Assembly: GCA_934246625.1 (NCBI GenBank)
Contig: CAKQHZ010000001.1
Span: 570,001-602,000 of the forward strand
Origin: an uncultured Alphaproteobacteria bacterium
GTDB lineage: Bacteria > Pseudomonadota > Alphaproteobacteria > Rs-D84 > CACZYB01
DNA: 32,000 bases
Reading direction: 5' to 3'
A program made the translations under genes and the position numbers. Below, in pieces: positions 9,561 through 16,363 of this stretch; within the stretch, counting starts at the first letter, position 1; each line of letters opens with the position of its first letter. The notes below the pieces were generated by a model. That model was not told where the DNA came from. It was given only the letters and a program-made list of their open reading frames with translations, and ran no database searches.

Positions 9561-9695
9561 GATTCTTTCCCAAAAAACTGGGAATTGAAAAGTTGAAAAA
9601 GAATCTGATTTTTTTTGATGTCTTTTTAACCTATTGATTTTTAGTTGTTTTTGAAGAATCTTTTAAGGGAAAATTTTCTTTTTTTAATCAGAGTC
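9561..9695. promoter_or_regulatory. GANTC-rich segment of the exonuclease/dnaA divergent spacer; candidate methylation-sensitive control region
   Basis: GANTC sites at 9561 (GATTC), 9601 (GAATC), 9656 (GAATC) and 9691 (GAGTC). Inverted repeat GATTCTTT (9561-9568) / AAAGAATC (9598-9605). Direct repeat AAGAATCT at 9599-9606 and 9654-9661. Confidence 0.3.
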
Positions 9696-9867
9696 AATGA
9701 AAGAAAGTGTCAAGAAATAAAAAAAAATTTTAGACTTTATTTTTCATTTTTAACTTCCTAATATGAGTTTGTGTCGTGAGTGATTAGAAATATGAATTTA
9801 TGACACGGTTGTAGAGAAGCAACCTTAAATAAGAGAAAAGGGTAAAAGAGAAGGAGTTCTTTTTAAA

Positions 9868-11211
9868 ATGCAAAGTTGGAAACAAATTCAAGAAACTGTT
9901 CAAAAAAGTATTTGTGCTTCTGCTTACAGCACTTGGATTGCGCCACTTGATTTTGACAAGATTGATCTTGATACATTATATATTGTTTCTCCAACACGTT
10001 TTATTGCCGATTGGGTAAAAAGAAACTTCTTCTCATCAATTTTATCTGCTACTCAATCTGTTATTCCTAATATAAAAGATATTGTTATTTCTGTTGGTGT
10101 TAAAAAAACAGAACCTGTTGCTATTAAGGAAGAAATTGTAAAGTCAGAACAACATATTGCAAGTGTTGAAAATTCTTCTTTGAATGTTAGTGCAAAAGTT
10201 TCACAAAAATTTACATTTGATAATTTTGTAAAGGGTATTTCAAATAATTTGGCTGTGGCAAGTCTTCAAAGAGTTATGAGTGATGATATGGTTAGTTTTA
10301 ATCCTTTGTATATACACTCTCCTTCTGGATTTGGAAAAACTCATTTGCTTCAAGCATTTGTTAATGAAATGGAAAAAGTTAATCCAAGAAAAAGTATTAT
10401 TTATGTGTCTGCAGATAAATTTATGTATTCTTTTATTAAAGCATTAAAGGAAAATGATACATATAGATTTAAGCAAAGTTTTAAATCTGCTGATATTCTT
10501 ATTATTGATGATTTACATTTTATCGTTGGTAAAGAATCAACTGCAAAAGAATTATTTTATATAATTGAAGATTATATTACTAATGGAAAGCAAGTTATTA
10601 TGGCTTCTAATAATTCACCTTTTATGATGGAAGGTTTAAATGATAATTTGAAGTCAAGAATTTCAAGTGGTTTGGTTGTTGATATTAAACCTGCTGACTT
10701 TGCTCTTCGTTCTGAAATTGTAAAGGTAAAAGCAAAGGCTTTGGATTTATGTTTGGCTGATGGTATTGGTGATTTTATTGCAAGTAAGATTACAACATCA
10801 ATTCGTGAAATTGAAGGTGCTTTGAATAGAATTTCTGCTCATACAATTTTGATGAATGAAGTTCCTACACTTTCAAATATAAGAAAAATTTTAGCTGATA
10901 TTTTAGCAGTAAATTCAAAACCTTTATCAATAGAAGATATTAAAAAGGTTGTTGCTGAAAAGTGGGGCGTTTCAGTTAGTGATATTGATTCAGAAAGAAA
11001 GCAAAAAGAAATTGTTATTCCTCGTCAAGTTGCAATGTATATCGCAAAAACTTTGACATCTAAAAGTTTGCCAGAAATTGGTAAAACATTTGGTGGAAGA
11101 GATCATGCAACTGTGATTTATGCAGTTAAAAAAGTTAAGGAATTGATGAGTGTAAATCCAAAGATGGAACTTCTTATCAATGAAGTTGAGAGAGAATGTA
11201 GTGCTTTGTAA
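9868..11211 (+). CDS. dnaA: Chromosomal replication initiator DnaA
   Basis: 447 aa. AAGGAG SD. Walker A SGFGKTHLLQA, Walker B ILIIDDLHF, and C-terminal DNA-binding domain RQVAMYIAKTLTSKSLPEIGKTFGGRDHATVIYAVKKV. Confidence 0.97.
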   Translation: MQSWKQIQETVQKSICASAYSTWIAPLDFDKIDLDTLYIVSPTRFIADWVKRNFFSSILSATQSVIPNIKDIVISVGVKKTEPVAIKEEIVKSEQHIASVENSSLNVSAKVSQKFTFDNFVKGISNNLAVASLQRVMSDDMVSFNPLYIHSPSGFGKTHLLQAFVNEMEKVNPRKSIIYVSADKFMYSFIKALKENDTYRFKQSFKSADILIIDDLHFIVGKESTAKELFYIIEDYITNGKQVIMASNNSPFMMEGLNDNLKSRISSGLVVDIKPADFALRSEIVKVKAKALDLCLADGIGDFIASKITTSIREIEGALNRISAHTILMNEVPTLSNIRKILADILAVNSKPLSIEDIKKVVAEKWGVSVSDIDSERKQKEIVIPRQVAMYIAKTLTSKSLPEIGKTFGGRDHATVIYAVKKVKELMSVNPKMELLINEVERECSAL

Positions 11212-11235
11212 TTTAAAGTTTGGGAGAGAGATAGA

Positions 11236-11268
11236 AAAATCCTTAGGTTTATGACTTAAGGATTTTTT
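11236..11268 (+). terminator. Rho-independent terminator of dnaA
   Basis: AAAATCCTTAGG-tttatga-CTTAAGGATTTT stem (12 bp including one G:T) running into a T-run. Confidence 0.7.
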
Positions 11269-11283
11269 GATTTTTATGAACTT

Positions 11284-11307
11284 AAAAAAATCCCCTTAGA
11301 AGGGGAT
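11284..11307 (-). terminator. Rho-independent terminator of the 711-aa gene
   Basis: ATCCCC-ttagaa-GGGGAT hairpin. On the minus strand it is followed by T7 (plus-strand A-run 11284-11290). Confidence 0.65.
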
Positions 11308-11320
11308 TGAAGTTTAAGTG

Positions 11321-13456
11321 TTATCTTTTGTTTTCACATACGGATTGATAATTATCAACGGTTAGAACAGCTTCACCATTATTTAATTTTAGATAATATT
11401 GGGTAAGTCCAGCCATAGGAATATTATAAACACCTGACATATTTGGATAAGTTGATGTTGTTCCGTATGTGCCTACTTCAACATTTTTTCCACTATATTT
11501 TTGACAGTGTGCCTGTAAGAATTGAGCGTGAGACATAGAATTTGATTTTCCATTTTCGGTGAATGTAATAAATCCATCTGTGATTTGTGTAATGGTTAAA
11601 TTATTTGAGTTTGTATTATTTTTTGACTTTGCTGCCTTTGACAAACGTGATGAAAGGTTAATAGCATAAGTTCTTGCTTCGGTTGAATTATTTATACTTA
11701 TGTTGTTTGATTCCTTTTCACAACCGTTCTTTTCAGGAGAGTCGTCCTCACATTGAGCTTTATTTATATAGTTATCAGAGTTAACTAAATCCAATGCAAC
11801 CTTTGCAGATTTTTTGAATTCGTTAAGAACAGTATTATAGTTTTCATCGCGACCTATTGTGTCATCGTTGTATCGAGAAAGGATAGTTAATTGTGATGAC
11901 ATAACATTTTTAATACAGCTTGTATATTGTTCAATATCAAGAGAGTATTGGATACATGAATTTATTACTGCATAGTTTGTTGAAGAATTTGAATAATTGC
12001 CACTTATTGCTGCAATTTCGGTTTCTTCTAATGCACGGTCTGCACTAAGCACAGCTTTTGTTACACGGCGAGTAAGTTCAGCAACTTGTTGACCAACTCC
12101 ACCAACGATTGATGACATAGTTGAACCGCCAAGTAATACAGAAGTGATGTCTGTTGAAGAGGAGCTGTCGAAATCACTACATGAGTAGTCTCCATCAGAA
12201 GAATTTTCGATTATCAAGCCCTTATCATCAAATTTTGTTTCGTTTGATGAAGTTGAAAATGATGACATACCTTTACATCTTGTTTCACATGAAGTGGTAA
12301 GTTCGGACATTTCCGTTTCAATGGTGTTAATAGTTTCACTTAATTTGTTTTGTAATTCGTAAAGGTTGTTAATTTTATCGTCTGAAATTGTTCCAGTTGT
12401 TTCATCATCGGCATTTAATGCTTCAAGTTCACCAATGGAAGTTGAAAGAGTTTCACGACTTTTTGTTAAAGTATTCAGTGCGTTTTTAAGTTCATTTTTG
12501 ACATAGGATTCTTTTGTATCCTTTGTGCATTTAAAGTTTGCGGTTGTTTTATATTTGCTTCCGTTGACAAGAGATTTTGATTTTGCAGAGCTTTCAACAT
12601 TTAAGCCATAAACTTCAACAATTTGTGGTGAAAAGCCAAGAACGGAATTTTTTTGTGTGTCGGTTGTTTTTGTTATTCCCAAAAGGTTATATGCTTTTGA
12701 GGTATAGGTTTTTGCAGTTGTTATATCCTTTTTTACAGCAGATATTATGTTGTTATATTTTACATTTGGTTTATTGTTTCGTGCTTCCTCGGCAGCTTTT
12801 TTTTGACGAGCTATTTCAGCATCTTTGGCTTCTTGTTCCTTTTGATACTTTAGTTCTTCTAATTCTAATTGAGTTTGTTTTTCAATTTCGGCAGCTTTGA
12901 TTTTTGCTTGTTGTTCAGCCTCGGCAGCCTTGGCCTTAGCATTTGCAGCAGCTTCTTCAGCAGCACGTTTTTCAGCTTCGATTTGTGCTTCTTGTTGTTT
13001 TAATTGTTGTTCGTGTGCACGTTCGGCGGCATCGAGTTTTGCTTGTTCTTGATTTGCGAATGATTTTGCAAAACCAGAAATATAGCTTGCACATTGGTAA
13101 GGTAAGAATTGATTTTCAGCCTTTAGACAGCCGAATAATAAGCCTCTGTTTGACATTTCATCAGAGCAAGCACCATCAGTTGCACAGTTTGCATCGTAGC
13201 ATTCGTATATGTAATCTTCACATTTTGAAGTTAAGTTTGATTTATTGCATTTTGCAAGAATAGAAGGGCATTTTGCCGCATTTACAGTAAATGTGAGTGT
13301 TTCAGGAGAAAATGAGTTTAGGCAAGTTAAACATGCGGTTGATATAGTTTTTTTCTTTGTACTTTTGCGTTTTTGTGCAAATGTTTGTATAGAAAATGAT
13401 AGGCAAGTGATTGCCAATGTTAAAATATATAGGTTGTATTTTTTTATATTTTTCAA
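11321..13456 (-). CDS. Secreted 711-aa protein: signal peptide, Cys-rich N-domain, Ala/Glu/Lys/Gln coiled coil, large Ser/Thr/Asn-rich C-terminal region
   Basis: TTG start with GAGGGA SD. Signal peptide MKNIKKYNLYILTLAITCLSFSIQTFAQ. Thirteen Cys lie between about residues 40 and 125. Coiled coil reads ERAHEQQLKQQEAQIEAEKRAAEEAAANAKAKAAEAEQQAKIKAAEIEKQ... No family recognised. Confidence 0.7.
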   Translation of the reverse strand: MKNIKKYNLYILTLAITCLSFSIQTFAQKRKSTKKKTISTACLTCLNSFSPETLTFTVNAAKCPSILAKCNKSNLTSKCEDYIYECYDANCATDGACSDEMSNRGLLFGCLKAENQFLPYQCASYISGFAKSFANQEQAKLDAAERAHEQQLKQQEAQIEAEKRAAEEAAANAKAKAAEAEQQAKIKAAEIEKQTQLELEELKYQKEQEAKDAEIARQKKAAEEARNNKPNVKYNNIISAVKKDITTAKTYTSKAYNLLGITKTTDTQKNSVLGFSPQIVEVYGLNVESSAKSKSLVNGSKYKTTANFKCTKDTKESYVKNELKNALNTLTKSRETLSTSIGELEALNADDETTGTISDDKINNLYELQNKLSETINTIETEMSELTTSCETRCKGMSSFSTSSNETKFDDKGLIIENSSDGDYSCSDFDSSSSTDITSVLLGGSTMSSIVGGVGQQVAELTRRVTKAVLSADRALEETEIAAISGNYSNSSTNYAVINSCIQYSLDIEQYTSCIKNVMSSQLTILSRYNDDTIGRDENYNTVLNEFKKSAKVALDLVNSDNYINKAQCEDDSPEKNGCEKESNNISINNSTEARTYAINLSSRLSKAAKSKNNTNSNNLTITQITDGFITFTENGKSNSMSHAQFLQAHCQKYSGKNVEVGTYGTTSTYPNMSGVYNIPMAGLTQYYLKLNNGEAVLTVDNYQSVCENKR

Positions 13457-13525
13457 TTTCTCTATCCCTCTATTATATATGTAATATTACTCTATTTTAT
13501 TGATATTGTAAAGAAAGTTTGTAAA

Positions 13526-13554
13526 TAAAAAAACACAGGATAAAAATCCTGTGT
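13526..13554 (-). terminator. Rho-independent terminator of the H1-like gene
   Basis: ACACAGGAT-aaaa-ATCCTGTGT perfect 9-bp stem. On the minus strand it is followed by T7 (plus-strand A-run 13526-13532). Confidence 0.75.
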
Positions 13555-13576
13555 TTGAAATGATGCTTAAAGAAAG

Positions 13577-14017
13577 TTATTTTTTGCTTCCAACAACGAT
13601 TTTAATTTTTGTTTTTGGTGCAGATTTTTTTGTTTCTTCTTTCTTTACCATTGGGATAATTTTTGCAACTGAAACTTTTTTTGCTGGTGCTTTTTTAGCA
13701 ACAGTTTTTTTAACAGCTACTTTTTTTGTTGCAACTTTTTTTACTTCTTCTTTTTTAACAGATGCAGATTTTTTTACAGCAACTTTCTTTGCAGGAGCTT
13801 TTTTAACAACTGCTTTTTTAGCTGGTGTTTTTTTAGTTGCAACTTTTTTAGATGATTTTGTTTTTACAACTTTTGATTCAGATTTTTCTTCTGAATGAGT
13901 TAATTCGTATAATTTTGTTGCTTCGTCCCAGATTGCCAAATCTTGATTTTCAGGACGTCCACGATTTAGCCATATAAAATATGCTGCCTCTTGTATATAA
14001 TCTTTTTTTGATACCAT
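13577..14017 (-). CDS. DUF2934-like domain fused to a histone-H1-like Lys/Ala/Val-rich tail
   Basis: I prefer the start MVSKKDYIQ (ATG 14015-14017, AAGGAGAG SD), giving 146 aa. YIQEAAYFIWLNRGRPENQDLAIWDEA fits the DUF2934 signature. The C-terminal ~90 aa are KKVATKKTPAKKAVVKKAPAKKVAVKK... imperfect repeats. Confidence 0.7.
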   Translation of the reverse strand: MVSKKDYIQEAAYFIWLNRGRPENQDLAIWDEATKLYELTHSEEKSESKVVKTKSSKKVATKKTPAKKAVVKKAPAKKVAVKKSASVKKEEVKKVATKKVAVKKTVAKKAPAKKVSVAKIIPMVKKEETKKSAPKTKIKIVVGSKK

Positions 14018-14131
14018 TTTTATTCTCTCCTTATTTAATTTTGTTTGTATTTTACCACTTACATCGGTCATTATAACATGTGATTTTCAAAAATCTACAG
14101 TTTTTTCAGATTTTTTTAAGTTTTTTATAGC

Positions 14132-14160
14132 TTGAATTTTTATGTGTAGTAATGTATACT
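14132..14160 (+). promoter_or_regulatory. Sigma70-like promoter for the bactofilin/tRNA-Thr unit
   Basis: TTGAAT (14132-14137), 17-nt spacer, then TATACT (14155-14160). It lies 35 nt upstream of ATG 14195; AGGAG SD at 14180-14184. Confidence 0.5.
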
Positions 14161-14194
14161 TTTCACGTGTTAATTAAGTAGGAGAATTTTTAAA

Positions 14195-14638
14195 ATGGAA
14201 GTGAAAGATAAAAAAGAATTACTTGATAATTTAACAAAAACTAAATCATCATTTGCAACAAATATTTCTAAAGGTCATAGTGTTATGCCAAAAGCAGATG
14301 GCAAACAACTTATTGTTGGAAAAAATATTAAACTTAGTGGTGCGATTGATGTTTGTGAAAGTTTGGTTGTTGAAGGAACTTTGGAAGCAAATTTGAATGG
14401 TGCAAAATATTTAGATATAGTTTATGGTGGAAGTTTTACAGGAACAGCAGAAGTTGAAGAAGCTCATATCAGTGGCGTTTTTGATGGAACATTGACAGTT
14501 ACAGGAACTCTTTATGTTTATGAAACTGGTGAAGTTCGTGGTAAAATTAACTATGCAAATTTGGTTGTTGAAAAGGGTGGTATTTTGAAGGGGACTCTTA
14601 AAAATATAGACAGCAAACCAAGAACTACTTTGGATTAA
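14195..14638 (+). CDS. Bactofilin (polymer-forming cytoskeletal protein, DUF583)
   Basis: 147 aa. Typical beta-helical repeat core GKNIKLSGAIDVCESLVVEGTLEANLNGAKYLDIVYGGSFTGTAEVEEAHISGVFDGTLTVTGTLYVYETGEVRGKINYANLVVEKGGILKGTL. Confidence 0.85.
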   Translation: MEVKDKKELLDNLTKTKSSFATNISKGHSVMPKADGKQLIVGKNIKLSGAIDVCESLVVEGTLEANLNGAKYLDIVYGGSFTGTAEVEEAHISGVFDGTLTVTGTLYVYETGEVRGKINYANLVVEKGGILKGTLKNIDSKPRTTLD

Positions 14639-14644
14639 GGTTTT

Positions 14645-14720
14645 GCCGTCTTAACTCAGTTGATAGAGTGCTAAATTCGTAATTTAGAAGCCGTGGGTTT
14701 GAATCCCGCAGACGGCACCA
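14645..14720 (+). tRNA. tRNA-Thr (anticodon CGT), CCA encoded
   Basis: 76-nt cloverleaf folded by hand. Acceptor GCCGTCT/AGACGGC, D stem ACTC/GAGT, anticodon stem CTAAA/TTTAG with loop TTCGTAA, T stem GTGGG/CCCGC. Discriminator A73. G1:C72 and C2:G71 match the ThrRS identity set. Confidence 0.9.
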
Positions 14721-14732
14721 AAGATAAAAAAT

Positions 14733-14756
14733 AATGCCCCTTTTTATTGGGGCATT
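14733..14756. terminator. Bidirectional terminator shared by tRNA-Thr (+) and the HIT gene (-)
   Basis: AATGCCCC-tttttatt-GGGGCATT hairpin with T-runs on both strands. Confidence 0.75.
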
Positions 14757-14769
14757 TTTCATATTTGTT

Positions 14770-15126
14770 TTATAGTCCAAAATCAGGAAGTTTTTCTCCT
14801 CCTAAAATATGTATATGAAAATGTGGAACAGATTGTCCTCCAAATGCACCTGTGTTTGCGACAAGTCTGTATCCTGAATCGTTAAGATTATATTCCTTTA
14901 TAACTTCATTTATTGCTTCCATTAAGTCAAGTTTTTCATCAACAGAAGCATTTGTTCCAAATGTTGTATATGATTCATATTCGCCCTTTGGCAATACCAA
15001 AAAGTGGTAGTGAGCCTTTGGGTATAAGTTTTTTATTACCAAAGTATTTTTGTTTTCAAAAATTTTTGTGCATGGAGCTTCGCCTTTTATAATTTTGGCA
15101 AAAACGTTATCTTTGTTGTATGTCAT
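14770..15126 (-). CDS. HIT (histidine triad) family nucleotide hydrolase
   Basis: 118 aa. N-terminal NVFAKIIKGEAPCTKIFEN and histidine triad PHFHIHILGG. Confidence 0.9.
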   Translation of the reverse strand: MTYNKDNVFAKIIKGEAPCTKIFENKNTLVIKNLYPKAHYHFLVLPKGEYESYTTFGTNASVDEKLDLMEAINEVIKEYNLNDSGYRLVANTGAFGGQSVPHFHIHILGGEKLPDFGL

Positions 15127-15218
15127 AAAATTCCTCTTTCTAGTTGATTTTTTATTTCTTTTAGTTTAATATGAAACAGATTAAAATTCAACAAACAATT
15201 ATAGTATAGGTAAATAAC

Positions 15219-15683
15219 TTGAAGAATAAATTTGATATGGATAATAGTGCATCAAAAGAATTAGATGTGAGCCTTCTTGACGAATATGTTGGTAAGCGTT
15301 TGAAACTTAGACGCGTTATGCTTCGTATGAGTCAGGACGAGTTGGCATGTATGATTGGAGTAACTTTTCAACAAGTGCAAAAATATGAAAGTGGTGCGAA
15401 TAGAATTAGTGCTAGTCGTTTATTTATTATTTCAAAGGTTTTGCAAGTTGATGTTGGATTTTTCTTTTATGGTCTTGAAAAGGAAGTGCCAGAAGTTGTT
15501 GATGCTTTGAACTTTACAGAAGTAGAAGGTCCAAATAGTGTCGCAGAAGATGAAGTCGTATTCCAAGATCCAATGAATAATACGGAAACTTTGCGTCTTG
15601 TAAATGCTTATTGGCGTTTGAATGATCCTGAAAAAAGACAAAAAATCCTTGATTTTATTGTAACTATGACTGGTTCACTATAG
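15219..15683 (+). CDS. XRE-family helix-turn-helix transcriptional regulator
   Basis: HTH MSQDELACMIGVTFQQVQKYESGANRISASRLFIISKVLQVDVGFFF. The start is ambiguous: TTG 15219 (track) or ATG 15237 (MDNSASKE). Confidence 0.85.
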   Translation: MKNKFDMDNSASKELDVSLLDEYVGKRLKLRRVMLRMSQDELACMIGVTFQQVQKYESGANRISASRLFIISKVLQVDVGFFFYGLEKEVPEVVDALNFTEVEGPNSVAEDEVVFQDPMNNTETLRLVNAYWRLNDPEKRQKILDFIVTMTGSL

Positions 15684-15687
15684 GTTA

Positions 15688-16248
15688 TTAAAACTTAAAT
15701 TTGCTTTTAAGTTCGATAAGGTTATCTGAACAGATAATTTCGCTTATGTTATCGATTTTTATAAAGTTTTTATAAATAGGAAGTTTTGCAAATTTTAAAA
15801 GTTTTTTGGATTTTGCATTGCATACTTTTTTTTCATCGTGGAATTGTTTGTTTAAATTTTCCAGTGCATTAGTAATTTTTATAAAATCCTTATTTGCAAG
15901 AAGTGGAGATTGCTTTTTTGAATTTTCAACAAGCTCCATGGTAATACTTAGCAATTTTGATTGATTGTTATATATTTCATTTATGTTTGTTGGTTGTTCC
16001 TTTGCAAGGATATTTATTTTTATGATATTTTTTAATGTTTCTTCGTTATGGATTAAATAACCCTTTGATAAATTGATTAGTTCAGGAATTAGTGAAAGAT
16101 TATTTTTTATAAGTTCAACTTGTTTTTCCTTTGATTGAATAATTTCACGTTTAAGGTTAGAGCTTATTTTTATTGGAAGAATTGCTAAGAATATGCTGAA
16201 TAATAAAAATAATACAAATAATGTGAAGTTTGCGTTCTTTTTATTCAT
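15688..16248 (-). CDS. lemA: Divergent LemA-family membrane-anchored protein
   Basis: 186 aa with an N-terminal TM helix. LSLIPELINLSKGYLIHNEETLKNI parallels LemA DLIPNLVxTVKGYAxHExxTL. ELVENSKKQSPLLANKDF parallels LemA ENYPELKANxNF. Confidence 0.55.
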   Translation of the reverse strand: MNKKNANFTLFVLFLLFSIFLAILPIKISSNLKREIIQSKEKQVELIKNNLSLIPELINLSKGYLIHNEETLKNIIKINILAKEQPTNINEIYNNQSKLLSITMELVENSKKQSPLLANKDFIKITNALENLNKQFHDEKKVCNAKSKKLLKFAKLPIYKNFIKIDNISEIICSDNLIELKSKFKF

Positions 16249-16363
16249 AATTCCCCCTTTTGTGATTTTGGTTTATTATATATCAAAAGTTTTTTATTTT
16301 CTACATAAAGTTTTACTTCCATTTATTATTTTTTTTTGTATTATATATAAAGAGGAGAGAGAA

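Noticed and set aside
9488-9867. Possible chromosomal origin (oriC) next to dnaA
   Set aside because: I found no TTATCCACA or TGTGGATAA boxes, no near variants, and no obvious 13-mer-type AT-rich repeat array. Alphaproteobacterial origins are usually not adjacent to dnaA. The region is kept only as a possible regulatory region (see findings).
12880-13030. GC-richer repetitive GCAGC/GCTTC stretch that looked like a tandem DNA repeat
   Set aside because: It is explained by the A/E/K/Q coiled-coil coding segment of the 711-aa protein. The repeats are imperfect and in frame.
13551-13898. 115-aa Phe-rich plus-strand ORF (MFEMMLKESYFLL...FFVATFF...)
   Set aside because: It is the antisense shadow of the Lys-rich (AAA/AAG) H1-like gene. 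Its start lies inside the terminator hairpin, it has no SD, and its TTT-repeat composition is an artefact of the complementary strand.
14645-14720. tRNA-Thr as an integration site of a genomic island
   Set aside because: No integrase, no direct repeat of the tRNA 3' end, and housekeeping genes (HIT, XRE regulator) follow immediately.
16193-16363. 57-aa N-terminal extension of pilin-like gene A in the ORF track (MLNNKNNTNNVKFAFFLF...)
   Set aside because: It overlaps the lemA-like N-terminus on the opposite strand and the AT-rich divergent spacer. A strong AGAGGAGAGAG SD sits directly before ATG 16364, and the pilin-like leader only makes sense from that start.
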